DNA of 64,000 nucleotides from Octopus sinensis. Taxonomy: Eukaryota. Shown piece by piece: positions 49,184 through 62,764 of the stretch. How positions within the stretch are numbered: position 1 is the first letter of the stretch; each line of letters starts with the position of its first letter. The stretch covers positions 54,994,001 through 55,058,000 of the forward strand of contig NC_043013.1 in the NCBI RefSeq assembly GCF_006345805.1, read 5' to 3'. The notes under the pieces are model-generated. The model was not told the origin of the DNA and ran no database searches. It saw only the letters and a list, made by a program, of their open reading frames with translations. A program made the translations under genes and the position numbers.

Positions 49184-50958
49184 GTACATTCTTAACATAC
49201 TTCAGAAGATTTGAATGTGAATATATGAATCCCTATTGCATTTTACTTTCTCCAATCAGCTGATGTGTTGACAACATACATATTCAGTGACATCAAGAGA
49301 CTCTGAGACACCAGTGTTTCAGCATTATTGTATCTCTTCAGCCAAAGCTACCCCCACAAGTTCTCTGAATCTAAATAAAGCTGGTCAATTTTGTATATAG
49401 ATGTCAGCAAACAAATTTTTTGATCCTCACTCTCTTATATGCTCATAATGATTTAATACCTCTTCTTTAGTTTATACCCAAATATCTTATGTAAAGATTT
49501 ACCATGTTGCACTTAAATAAGTTTCATTTGGTCTCTAGTTTATGCAACCAGTTTCAACTAGTCAATGACATTTATTTAAAGTTATCATTTACAATTTTCT
49601 CCACATTCTCATATTATTTGTTTTGTCTCTAGGGTAAACAAATAATTCTTAGTCACATTTACTACATAATTCCAGTAGTTATACATTAACCTTCAAACCA
49701 AAATTCCATTCAGCTTGCATTAACATGCAATTACACCCTTTTCTTATTAAAGTATTCCTAAAAGTTAAATCCTCTGGTTTTCTGATAAAGTAAATTATAA
49801 CTATGATTGAAAACATATTTTATGAAATCTATCGTTGACAAGAGAATTGCTCAGAGAGACGCTTCAATGTTAATAGAATGTGAAGGAATAATCTATAAGA
49901 TTAAAATGTATAATTATAAACAGAATAATTTAATATAATTGTAGATATGATATTAGCTTTAATAAGACCACAAAAGACATCTCTATTATTGCAAGACATT
50001 CCTCCAATCAAACTGTTCTTTGTAATTTAAAAGATAATAAATGAAGATAGCATAATTGAAATTGTGATCATTACAGAAATAAAAACCGAAATGGTAAAAG
50101 GGCTAAATTTTAATATTCAAAATTTTATTCATTTTCAGCCTAGAGATGAAAATGGAGCTGGAAAAGTGATAAGCATGCAAGGCTGTTCATGAAAAGAGTT
50201 CTAGTTCAGATCCTGTTACTGACTCTGGTCTTTTATATTTTATGGCCCAATCTGTAACTGTCATTTAAGTTGTACAAGTGCTAACATGATACTTTCAGGC
50301 ATTTCAAATGTCAAAAACTCATAAACGAATTAATATTTCTTGTATATTATTTTCATATTTTCCTTATATTTTCTGCTTATAATATCAAGTATTATCCAAG
50401 ATATATCTTGTCTTAGTTGAAACATTAAAGATATCACACTATCGCAAATCTACTTCATTTGTTTCAATGATATTATTTGTTAATCATACCACTAATGTAA
50501 ATGTTTGAGAGGTTTTTCTCACTGAGTCAGAACATTTCTAAATATCAGTTTCCTTGTTGGCATATGGGATTAATTATACATACCTTCCTCAGTTACAAAC
50601 ACTGCGTAGTTTATGATTCCTATATTAGATGAGCTAGTATCATAGTTTCGTTAAAAAATATTTACATTTACACATGTGGTAATATATAAACACAGACACA
50701 CACACACAGAATGTTTGACAATTATACAAAGATTTCAGACCAAATAGGTTTAAGGTGCTGCCAGTGACACATCAATGGCTGAGTCCTTTTGCTTTCTGAT
50801 CATAGAATCAGGCCCCAACAAGATTGACAGGATTTAAATTGACAGGATTTAACCAATCAGTCTCAAAGCCTTTCTATGATTCGTCTGTTAGTAACTGTTT
50901 ACCTTTACATCCCAACATTATCTTTTTATTACTTGATTAAGATAATCATGGCACTTAT

Positions 50959-51321
50959 ATTATTTCCATTTGACGGACATTTGCCCTCATCTTGTTTGTT
51001 GTTTGTCCTCATCTTATACTCTCCAGCTTTCTTCAGATGTCTTGGGGAAATTTCGAACCTGGGTTCTCATTCTTAAGGTATTTTTCAATGTTATTATTAC
51101 TATTATCATCGAACTCAGAATCATGGGGTTAGTAGCCCATGCTCTTACCACTATGCCATATGCCCATGGGCAATTATGGAGTGAATTTTAGGGCTTATAA
51201 ATCTAATATTTTCTTATACTTTCTTAATACTTGTTTGTTGTGTTAACAGCAAACAAGATGAGGACAAATATTCGTCAAATGTAAATAATGTACCTAATTC
51301 CTCTTCTCGCAAATATAGAAC
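50959..51321 (-). mobile_element. tRNA-head/PLE-type element (copy 3; hammerhead core damaged)
   Basis: Same termini as copies 1 and 2. Central gcccatgggc palindrome. The right part carries a different spacer before gttgtgttaac...aaatatagaac. Confidence 0.78.
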
Positions 51322-52320
51322 TGTACTTATGTATGTATATAAGTACCCACACATATACATTCACATACATACATGCATACATATACATACATGGGAAAAG
51401 TTTTAAGATCCATACAACTTATATCATACATAAAGATAGCACACATGCATACACACACATGTATTGAAAGAGATATGAACTTCTATTTTATAATTTAACT
51501 ATTGAAGTTTAGTTGCTGGGCAGCATGGCCATAATTTCCAATCTTTGTTCTGCTACCCACAAAAAAGAGCAATTAGTGTACTCACCCCTCATTAGCTTAT
51601 ACATCCATTGTTAGTTTAAATGTCTATATTAGTTTATATAAACTTAATTCATTTATATACACTTTATCAATATATACCCATTGCCCAATTATGAACATAC
51701 TTGGAAAAGAGGTGCCAAATTTGCCACAACTGTTGTGAATATATTTGGCAGACTGAAATTATATCCTCATCATCATCATCTGTGCGTGTGTGTGTGTATA
51801 CACACACACACACGTGTATGCTTATTGAAGTGAGCGTGCCATCTGCGATGTATGTGTCAATCTGTAAAATACGTCACTCAATTTGGTGGTCTTTATATAA
51901 TACATGTTCTATCTCCAAATATAAACACATCCAACTAAGAAAGAAGTAGTTATAGAAATAGAAAGAGGAGGCGTGGAGGAGGAAATTGAGAAGTAGTAAA
52001 GATAGAGAAGGTGTAGCGACAATGGTAGACAGTGAAAAGGCAGAGTCAGGATAATTCCATATAAGGCAATGTAACATTTTTAATGTGGCCAAGCAACCAG
52101 CATTGAGTATTATTAATATTGATAGATCATAAATATTTGAAATGTCAATCAGTTTTATTCACACAGTTTTGATTTATGGTAATTTAAGTTTTTGAAAATA
52201 AGTAGTTTCAACCATTTAAAGTAAGGAAATGTATAAAAAAAAAAAGGGCATTATGGGTAAGAGCTGAGAAAATAGACACTGAATTTCAGCTTTCAATGTT
52301 TTTCATTTATGACAAATGTC

Positions 52321-52520
52321 GTCGTTGTCATCATTTAACGTCTGTCCTCCATGGTGCTATGAGATGGACCTGACAAGTCAGAGGACTGTGCTGAGCTCCA
52401 ATATTCCAGTATTTGCTTTGGCAAGATTTCCATGGTAGGATGCCCTTCCTAATGCCAACCACTTTATTGTGTGAGGACTGGGTACTTTTTTCACTGACTC
52501 CAGCACTAGTGGGGTCACCA
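52321..52520 (-). mobile_element. RTE 3'-tail fragment, old
   Basis: catcatttaacgtc...ggatgcccttcctaatgccaacc. Confidence 0.75.
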
Positions 52521-54029
52521 TGTCACATGCAAGACTAAAATGCTCCCTAGGCAGAGAGATTATTGCTGAGAGAATGGGAGATTTATACCTGATGTTGAGA
52601 GGTTACGATATGATGGAGGAACAGAAACTTTCTAATGAATTAAAAATAAAATCAATTATAGACCATTTTCTTTTAATGAGTGATCCAGAGGAAGAAATGG
52701 GTGGTGCTCCAAACTCTTTTGGGGTGGAAGAAGATAAGATGTTATCTTCAGAGTGGAAACCTGGCCTCAAACACTTGCAACAAAAAGTAGACCAGATCCA
52801 TGTGGTTAGTGTTAAACCAGACGATGAACTACATCTAGCATCAGGCTTGACTTTCATGATGAATAGTAAGCATCAATAAGATATCAACACTATTGATCTT
52901 TTTACTACAATATCTGGAACATGTTTCCAACAGTAAAGTCAACTGTGGGAATGCAGAATAAAGTGTTCTACTCTGAAGTAATGGAATGTTTACCAATCTG
53001 CAAGCACTCAAAAAAAATCTGTTTTTACAAGAAAAACGGTAAAAACAAATTTTAGAGAACTGCTCAAAGAGTTAAAGAGAAATAAAAGCTAAGTTATAAT
53101 GTATTTGTGTTCTTCGTAGTTGTGCCAAAACACATTACAAATACACAGATGAAAGCTAACAATAATCATGAAAATGGGGAAGTTTGTACATAAGTAAATG
53201 AGAAGCTGGTCTAGAGGTGTGTCTGTGAACATACACCTATAGACATATATATGCGTATATAATCACACACACCCACACATTTGTATGTGCTTGTCTGCGA
53301 GCACTTTTATGAATCAGTCTGTGAGAAGATGAGATGCATTTAACCATATACATAAAACATTATGCTTAACATTTTTAATATATTTCATTAGAAATAGATG
53401 TCTGCAAGCTGTTGTTAATCTCTTTGCATAAATCATACATTTATTTTTGGTATGTTTACTTGAAGCTTTCACTAAAAAAATTCAATCAATAATTTTCTTT
53501 TAAACTTTAAAACTATAAAAATGCAGAGAAAATAGGTTGAATTCTAAAATTGCAGGGAAAAAGTTCAAGATCACAAGAACTTAGTGCATTCTATAATCTA
53601 TAAACAATGAATCTTAAAATATAATTTGTAAATTTATTTCAAATTGATCAAATTGAAAACTTCCTTAATTGAAGAATGTTTGTAAATATTTTTAATAAAC
53701 TGATTAAATTCATTTGAAATTTTCTGTAAAGACGCTTAAGATTTATTTACTTGTTTAATTCCATCAAGTTAACAATATGGCTAACCTGACACTAGTAAAA
53801 AGTCAATGCCAAAGAATACTAACAGAATAATGTTATTTAGTTCTGATTTTATTTTACATATGTCCTTTTACATCTACTTAAGTAATATCGGTAAAATATT
53901 ATCTGAAAGAAATCTGATGAGAATAAGCAAATTCTGCTACAGTTATTGGTCGATTATTATATCAACACCAGTTCTCCTCTTATTTCCCTTCTCTAACCTT
54001 GTCTTCATTACTAACAGTCAGGAAATCTA

Positions 54030-54246
54030 TGAGAGGTTGCTCGAAAGTTCCTGGGTGTGGGTAATAGAAAATAGAGGAGGATCTGTTAATTATGATTTTA
54101 TTCAATATATTCCCCTCCCAGATTCACGCACTTATTGCAGAGGTCCCTCAGTTTTTCTAAGCCCTGTAAAAGAACTCAGAAGTTTGGGGACTTCAACCAG
54201 GCTTTGTGAAAACCTTTAAGCTAGGAACTTTCCAGCAGCCCCCTCG
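54030..54246 (-). mobile_element. Mariner internal-deletion derivative (MITE), 217 bp
   Basis: TA flanks at 54028-54029 and 54247-54248. Imperfect TIRs (T/C)GAG(A/G)GG..GCT.GAAAGTTCC. The minus strand retains the transposase C-terminus GLEKLRDLCNKCVNLGGEYIE*. Confidence 0.82.
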
Positions 54247-54770
54247 TATTTGCTGCAAACAACCTCTTCGCACATGTCTCAGGATGCTGTGATTGCCCTC
54301 ACTAAAGATGGTCACACCTGGGCAGATACATCTACAGAGATGGTCGATTCGTGACCACAACGAAAATGATAAGGAATAGTTGTGGCTACCATTAATATAA
54401 CACACCTTACCCTTTTCTAAACACAGCTTATTCCTTTGACTGACTTGCAGCCCTGGTTCAAGAGCAGAGGATTTAGCATCTGGAATATTGACAGGCACTC
54501 ACTGACCCCTATCAACTGAATGATGCAGTCAGTGGAAAATCAACTTTCACATTGTATAGAAACAAGCAGAAGACATAAGCAATAATGGTCTGAAAATGAA
54601 TTTGGTGGATGAAAAAGAATATTCTAACTGAACGCATCTGAATAACTTTCAGGTTGGAAATTATGGATATTTCTCACCAAATCTTTAACTTGGCAGAGTT
54701 TCAGGGAAATTGCCTGATTAGGACAAGAGCTACAGGCAAAAAAGCTCAAGTAAAAAAAACAAAAAAAACA

Positions 54771-55115
54771 TAGGCACAGGCATGGCTGCATGGTGAGAAG
54801 TTTGCTTCTCAACAACATGGTTCCAGGTTCAGTCCCACTGCTTGACACCTTGGGCAAGTGTCTTCTGCTATATCCTTGAGCTGACCAAAGCCTTGTGAGT
54901 GGATTTGGTTGACAGAAACTGAAAGAAGCCTGTTGTGCGTATATATATATATTTTTTTCTCCTTGTTTCTCTCCTTGTTTCTTTCTGTGTCCCTGTCTGT
55001 AGAAGAGCGTAGGCTCGAAACGTAAAAGACTTTTTCTATTCCTGAGCCTTATACTAATACATCTGTTTGTTTTGTACACCACCTGTCTTCATCTTTTGTT
55101 TTTTTCGTAAACTCT

Positions 55116-55170
<55 letters not shown>

Positions 55171-55380
55171 ATTGTGTGTCTTTGTGTCTGTGTTTGTTCC
55201 CCACCACCAATTGACAACTGATGAAGGTGTGTTTACATCCCAGTAAGTAGCCGCTCAGCATAAGAGACTGATAGAATAAATACCGGTGTGAAAGAAATAA
55301 GTTCTTAGGTCAATTCATTCAACTAAAAACTATTCAAAGTGATGCCCCAGCATGGTCACAATCTAATAACTGAAACAAGA
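54771..55380 (+). mobile_element. SINE family A split by an insertion in its central microsatellite
   Basis: Head at 54771-54940, tail at ~55180-55380, foreign segment at ~54955-55120. Confidence 0.82.
54991..55030 (+). ncRNA. Second-family minimal hammerhead-like motif (core CUGUAGA)
   Basis: CTGTAGA-A-GAGC-gtag-GCTC-GAAA-CGTA-AAAGAC: perfect stem II and a GUA triplet, but poor stem I pairing in this copy. Confidence 0.5.
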
Positions 55381-58218
55381 GTCATGCATCCACTGATTCC
55401 CTGTCCATAAATTACCAGCTTGAGAGTTTGTGCCAAACAGCCACTATTACAAACAAGATGGAACCATAAGACTAGTCTGTCATGGAATCCAATTGACCAG
55501 CTTCCTTTTGTAAGGAAGAGTGGCAAAGTCTGTTTTGGTTTGGTGAAGGAAGCAGTGAGAGTAGATGCAGTTAAAAGATTTAAAGATAAGGCTTTTCCTT
55601 TCTGGTCAAACTCTCATCAATTTTAAGAGAAATGAATTTGAAGTTGAAGTGGGATGGGAGGGTGCAGCTCTCTTGTGTGCTATAAGAGAGGTGGGTGAGA
55701 ATGGTGAATGTGATAAGGTTAAATGAGCTTCTTCTGATAAGATGACAATACTCAAACAACCAGAAAATGAAAGGTGAGGGTCATTTTTAAAGGGTTTGAT
55801 GTGTCAGAGCAATGTGGGATTTTGTATGATGTTCCCCCATCAGATTTTACTGCTAATAAGGCCTTCATTAGTTGGTATTATTTCATGTTCACCTATTGTT
55901 ATTTTTATGTTGTCTTCATTTCCACTTGCTCTAACTCCACCCCACTGTTCAGTAACAAATAAATTTTAACTTAAAGATAACCTTCGAAATTCAAAAAGCA
56001 TTTTGCACAAATGTTAAAAATGTAAGTTAAATCTAAATTGTAAAATATGTCTTTTGATAAACAGAGGGTTAACATATACAAAAAAGATCAATATTTAAAG
56101 CTTAGAATTTCTTACAATGAAATAGGATTTGAATCGGTGAAGATTTTTTTTGAAGCCTAACATTCTTCAAGAAAAGTACATCACAATTATCTTTATCAAA
56201 TATATATAATTGCATTGTCTCTGTTTTATATATAAACTCACACAATTTGTGTTTGCCATACTTTATAATCCATTCCTTGAAACAAAATAGAATAAAATTG
56301 TTAAAGAAATAAATGAACTTAACCAGTTAAATAAAAGGTCAGGATTCTAGACAGAAAAATACAAGAGAAAGTGTGTTTCCCTTATTTGTTTACAAGAGAT
56401 ATTTAACTCATGGGTTTTGTTCTATCTGTATTTTATTGAGCTCTTGTAGTTCATGAAAGAAATGCTTGTCTTCTCTTGCACTTGTATTATATTTCTGGTG
56501 ATACCAACATTTGTGCAAATCTGATTTTGTTACAGATATTCCCACAGAAACCTTCTTTAGAATCTGTAAAACCTTTGTCATTCAAAAGCTCCCAAGCGAA
56601 TCCCAGCATTTCCTTAAGATTTTGCATATCTTGGAATTCAATCAGATTTGCATTCAAAATGTTTTAAAATTATTTTGTGTAATTTTCCAAAGAAACATTG
56701 AAAATTGAGAATTTTTTTTACTAAAATATTGAGACAGTAATAATAAGACAAAATGTTCATGTTTGCTAACTGGGACTAAGCAACAGCACACCACTGCCAC
56801 CACTATCATCATCATAAGAATATTCTGGTAATTTTTATGGATTCTATTAACTAAAAGCATTATGTAAATGGCAGTAAAAGTGAGGATCTAATTTCTCTCA
56901 TGCTCAAAAGTTGACATATTGATCTCAAGCTTGTATCCAGTGGATCACTGAAAGGTATGAATAGATTTTCTATTTAATTATGTCATCTTAACAATAGTTC
57001 TAACTTCCTGTGTATAAAGTAGCAAACCAAGTCCCCAAGAACTGTCATCAGCTGTCTACTTGACACACCTGCAAAGTCTTTTTAATGAATGTGGTACTTA
57101 ACCAGCTAACTATTGTAGCGATAGTAAAAGAGAGAAAAGTGGAGTGACAGTGTATTTGAGAAGAGGCTGAAGTATGTTGGGGAATGGATCTATGCTGACC
57201 ATTCAGTTGGCTTTCTTTTTGATGTGGTCTTGGTTGTTTGGTTATGTGACCCCAGCACCATCCTAGATGAGAAAGCAGTGCTCCATCATTGGTTTCCCTT
57301 GAGCTTTGAAACATCTCAGCAGTTGGAGCGAGTTGAAACAATTCCTGATTATGAAGAGGAAGATATGTCTTTCGGAAGTAAATTTGCTTTATTGTAAATA
57401 TGGGATTGTCTCAAGAGATCATTAGGGTGGGCTGAGGCCTCATATCACCAGTAACTTTGTGGATTTTAGCCATGTGTTGTCAAATGTGAGAGAGAGAAAG
57501 AGAGAGAGAGTAGAGTACAAGGTGGTTGTCTTGGTATGAGTATCATGAAATATTCATACTTTTAAAAGAAACAAGAAGGACACAGCTGCAGAGAATAATA
57601 CTTTTGGCATGAAGGTTGTTCATGTTTGATGTGGGGTGTCTATGTTTGGATGAGAGTTAGAGCCCTTAGAAAGACAACTCACCTACTTTCATCCATGACT
57701 GCAGTATACATTGGATGTTCCTAAATCGGAAACAATTATCTTTAAATAAGATTTTAATGAAAGTTTGTCATTTTGAAATACAACACAAAGTATCACGAGA
57801 CTAGGAAATGAAAGTTTTTGTGTTTGTGGTTCAATGTCAATAAAATTAGGAAATATCTTGAATTATTAGGATAAACTTAGAAGAATTTAAGTCCTAAAAG
57901 CCAAAATACAAATTCAGAACAAAGTGTAAATCGAAATTAAAAGAATTGTAGAGCAGATAAAGTTGAAAATAGGATCGTAAGAAATTTAAGCGATTAACAT
58001 AGAAAGAGCTGAGCCCTAAAGAATAAAGGTTTCTGCCATCATGCAACAACAACAACAACTACGTGCTGTTTATTTTGATATGAGGTCACCATGCTATGCA
58101 CATATGATTGTGATGCATGTGCCTGGTTTACACCCATCAGACAGGTAGTCATGATACATATATTGGGTTTCGTATATTTATATCCCAGCATCACTTTGAT
58201 GGCATGTGCTGCTCTCTC

Positions 58219-58238
58219 ACTTGATAATGATAATAATG

Positions 58239-58282
<44 letters not shown>
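58219..58282. repeat. (TAA/TGA)n microsatellite
   Basis: Read directly from the sequence. Confidence 0.95.
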
Positions 58283-58283
<1 letters not shown>

Positions 58284-58404
58284 GGCAGTGCCCTAGCATG
58301 GCCACAGCTCGTGAGCTGAAACTAGATGAAATAAAAAAAATTATTATTATTATTATTATTACTACTACTACTACTACTACTACTATTATTATTATTTCTA
58401 CTCC

Positions 58405-58608
58405 AGGCACATGGCCTTGAAACTTTTGGGGGGAAGGGGGCTAGTCGATAACATCGACCCCAGTGTTTCCCTGGTACTTAACTTAATGACCCTGAAAGGA
58501 TGGAAGGTAAAGTTGATCTTGGCAGAATTTGAACTCCAGACATAGCAATGGCCAAAATGCCACTCAGCATTTCATCCAACATGGTAATGATTCTGCTGAC
58601 ATTACCCC

Positions 58609-58610
<2 letters not shown>
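58405..58610 (-). mobile_element. Old SINE family B-related copy
   Basis: gtcgataacatcgaccccagtg...ctggtactta...gaccctgaaaggatggaagg, the family B core. Confidence 0.75.
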
Positions 58611-58686
<76 letters not shown>

Positions 58687-58687
58687 T
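58609..58687. repeat. (TAA)n microsatellite
   Basis: About 26 units, read directly. Confidence 0.97.
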
Positions 58688-59067
58688 ACAGGAATATAGA
58701 AGATAAAAGAAGAGATCAATAGAGAATTTTGATAATTCAAGTAAAATTTTAAAATTATATTAATTAATTTGATTGATTCAGACCTAATTATACTTTTAAA
58801 CATGATTGATTCATTTGTGTATAATCCACACAAGAGATTTGTAAGGAGCAACATGAATATAAAGATGCCTTATCAACCATGTCAGAGACTTTTAAGTTAG
58901 GAAAAGGTTAATCTTTTACTAAGATCCTGCTGGTTTGATTGTAACAGAAATACACACCCCTACTTTGAAATGAAACATGCCATTCATTTTATATTCACTT
59001 TAACAAGTGTAAAATATAAAGACAATAAATATTTAGATAAATGATAGAATAATTTCACTTGAGATAG

Positions 59068-59221
59068 AAGTTTTGTTCTGTTGTTGTCTCCGCATCAACT
59101 GCACAAATCGAAAAACCAGTAAAACGCAAAGCACTAAAGAAATCATTACCAAATTTTGAAAGACTGAAAACAATATGCGAGAATATAGAACTGTTTATAA
59201 AAGAAGAGAGCAAAAAGAAAG
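59068..59221 (+). CDS. Candidate coding exon, unknown product
   Basis: 51 open codons between AG and GT: KFCSVVVSASTAQIEKPVKRKALKKSLPNFERLKTICENIELFIKEESKKK. Splice sites are only moderate. Confidence 0.25.
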
Positions 59222-59342
59222 GTACTTTGAGTATATTTATATATGTAGAAAGTGTGTGTGTGTGTATGTATGTCACACACAACACAAAAGAAAACTGTAA
59301 TAAAATGTAAAAACATATGTAACTATAAGCATATATATGCAT

Positions 59343-59384
<42 letters not shown>

Positions 59385-59394
59385 GCATGCACAA

Positions 59395-59427
<33 letters not shown>

Positions 59428-61342
59428 TGTATGTAGTAAAAATATGTAACTTTATTGTGAAATAGATGATGTATTGATAAAAACAGTACTTCACAAATGA
59501 AGACACACAAAAACAGAATAGATCTCATTAGAAGCTCCTTCACTTGAATTATAAAATTATTTTGAAAAGCAGCATAAAATAATAGAATAAAATAGACTGA
59601 TAGTTGCATTCCTTTTATCTCATCAATATATATTGTAATGCTTCATTTTGTATATTTTTGCCATGAATTGCTTTTTTTATTTATGAAAAAAAAAAAATTA
59701 ATAAACAACAAATTTTCTCTATACTTAATCATTAAATAATGATACTAGTTACTTGTAAATGATATTCAATTATATTTTTTTTGTTTGTTCTGTTTGGAAG
59801 CAATACCTATAGTCATAAATACCAAGAGGAAAAAAAAAGAAACACAGATGACTCTACTAATATATAACTCTGAATATACACGCACATTCAAACTCATTTT
59901 GAAATATGTGTTTCCTCTTTTGTGATTTCACTTTGTAGTGATGTGTAAGCATCTGTATGTAGTTTATAAAGGTGTGTTTGTTCGCTGTTTTATTTGTATC
60001 AGTTGATCTATACATACAAATGAATTTACATTCATCTTATTTGTAGTAGTAAACAATTGGATAGACCAGAAAATCAAACAACAAACAAACAAACCCAAGT
60101 TACTTTTGTAATCTTCAAAGATAAGCAGCTTAGAGAAAGTTTGGTAGTTGATGAGTTCCAATGTTAATACTAAACTTATTGCACAAATGGTTAACGAATA
60201 CTTTACAAGGTAAACTTATCTCAAGTTTCTTGCACAAAGACAATGTTTAAGATCAAGGGATTTCACCTCTGCAGGAAATTCTTCAACAATCTTCTTGTAA
60301 GAATCAAAGAAATTTAGCAAAGTTATATGTATGAAAAGTACAGAAGTAGCAGTCCCGTATATTTTACTGAAAGACAAAAAAATTAAAGAATATAAACATT
60401 TTCTATAGCATTCTAAGATTGACTGGAGAAGAGATTGGCACCAAATAGACTAGCTAATCAATGCTTCAAATTTTCTTTTGACAACCAACATCTCGGCCGT
60501 CTTCAAGAAAGTTCTGGGTCATATTGGTAGGTGTTAACTGGGTATATTGTCATAGGTTAACCCAATATCCCCTATGACCAAAAGGTTTTACAGACATAAA
60601 AATCTCTGTGTTCTGTTTGCATTTCAGTGTTTCAAGGGTCATACTATTCAAACTGCCTTCTTTTAAAGATGATAAGGTGTGATTTAAGGGCAATTTGACT
60701 GCCATATCTAGTAGGTCAAGCAATTATGTAAAGGCTTCCATGTCGGCTCAAATTGACCATGTTATACCTATCAAAGGAATGGACCTTACTCAGGTAATCT
60801 GGACCTTACTTTGGACAATCTCTAGGTCTTATGGCTTTGAGAATTTATTTCCCAAAATCAGTAATTCTTATATTTAAATCTAACAAATCTTGAAAATGAC
60901 ACCAGTTTTACAGAACCTGTCACCCATCATTATTAACTCGCGAAATTGTCAGCAACAAAACACATCAACAGATTTGTAAAATAAGTAATTGATGTTGAAA
61001 ATCTTGTGATAATGTCAGCATTGATGAATATAAAATGTCTAAAAGTATTGAATCACTGGGACAAGAGGTTAGAATCATGTCTGTCACTGTAAATACTTTT
61101 AATCACAACAAAGGATATGTTCTTCAAATAAAAATGTCAGCAATACATTTATTTCATTCTCACCAAAACAATGCTGCATCCACAGTTTCTCTGTTCTCCA
61201 CAACTGAGAGTAAAACCTCCGATTAATGTTGTGTGCTGAGACCGGCAAATTTTGTGGTTGTTTAACACTAGGTTAGCTTTTATCAAATAAATCTCTGGTC
61301 AAAAGTGTCCTGTCCATGGACATCCCATTGATTTTCAAACAT

Positions 61343-61772
61343 AGGCGCAGGTGTGACTGTGTGGTAAGGAGCTTGCTTCCCAACCATATGGTTCTGGGTT
61401 CAGTCCCACTGCATGGCACTTTGGGCAAGTGTGTTCTACTATAGCATTGGGCCAAACAAAGCCTTGTGAGTGGATTTGGTTGATGGAAACTGAAAGAAGC
61501 CCATCGTATTTATGGATATATATATATATATATATATATAAATATATATATGTATATATGTTTGTGTGTCTGTGTTTGTTCACCCACCATCGCTTGACAA
61601 CCGATGCTGGTGTGTTTATGTCCCTGTAACTTAGTGGTTCAGCAAAAAGAGACCAATATAATAAGTACCAGGCTTACAAAGAATAAGTCCTGGGGTCGAT
61701 TTGTTTGACTAAAAGTGGTGCCCCAGCATGGCCACAGTCAAATGACTGAAACAAGTAAAAGAACGAAAGAGT
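61343..61772 (+). mobile_element. SINE family A, full length
   Basis: aggcgcagg head, B-box gggttcagtcc, microsatellite and tail. Confidence 0.93.
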
Positions 61773-61960
61773 ACAGTGAATGTATACGAGGAATATGGAT
61801 GAAGCAAGGAGTAAATGAAGGCTCTAATAACTCTCCACAAATACAGTGAAAGATGGGTCGGTAAACCCTTGAAAATATCAGAGTCTAACAGGATATGCTG
61901 CTGCATTATGAAGTCTACAACAAACTAACAACAACAGTGAAAGATATACATACATACACG

Positions 61961-61993
<33 letters not shown>

Positions 61994-61995
61994 GT

Positions 61996-62155
61996 ACTAC
62001 ACTCACAGAGGGGTTGGCGTTAGGAAGGGCATCCAGCTGTAGAAACACTGCCAGATCTGACTAGCCTGGTGCAGCCTTTGGGCTTCCCAGACCCCAGTTG
62101 AACCGTCCAACCCATGCTAGCATGGAAAGCGGACGTTAAACGATGATGATGATGT
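61996..62155 (+). mobile_element. RTE 3'-tail fragment, young
   Basis: ggttggcgttaggaagggcatccagctgtagaaac...ggacgttaaacgatgatgatgatg. Confidence 0.92.
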
Positions 62156-62621
62156 AAAATATGAAGAAATTATTGATCATCTGGTTTCCAGCTGATCAGT
62201 TGCAGTTGTTATCAAAATAAGTTCCATCCTGGGACTTAAAACAGCAGCTTATCTGCCCAGAAATGTTTACAGGGAATAATAATAAATGAAGTGAGCCAAC
62301 AAGAAGCATCACTATCAAGCAGATAGATTTACAGTGGTTAATAGCAGCGAGAAATATTTTCACTGGGTCTCCCAAATGGACCCAAAGTTGCTGTTTGTTT
62401 ACTGGTTTTATCTTTGAATAAACACCAGCATCATGAAGCAAGAGATAATATTAACCAGAGCGTTGTATATACTTTGGCACACCCAAATAGAAGAAACAGG
62501 AATACAATTTAAATTTATACTCAAACTTATCCATCCAAAACTCTATATCATAAGTTTTAGACATTTATCAGAGAAAGCACAAGTAGCTGTTCAGGATTCT
62601 TTAAAAAAATATTCAGCATAT

Positions 62622-62722
62622 AGGCACAAGAGTGGCTGTGTGGTAAGTAGCTTGCTTACCAACCACATAGTTCTGGGTTCAGTCTCACTATATGGAGGCT
62701 TGGGCCAGTGTCTTCTACTATA
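62622..62722 (+). mobile_element. SINE family A head only
   Basis: aggcacaagagtggctgtgtggtaag...gtgtcttctactata. Confidence 0.85.
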
Positions 62723-62764
62723 TATGTATATAGTATTAATAAAATAGATGGAATAAAAGATTTT

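Noticed and set aside
52520-52879. 119-aa plus ORF
   Set aside because: No motif. The minus strand faintly resembles an L2/CR1 3' end, but too weakly to call.
57048-57341. Possible DIRS tyrosine-recombinase fragment (TIVSWLSTT...LQVCQVD)
   Set aside because: Only a vague resemblance, with no catalytic R-H-R-Y residues identifiable.
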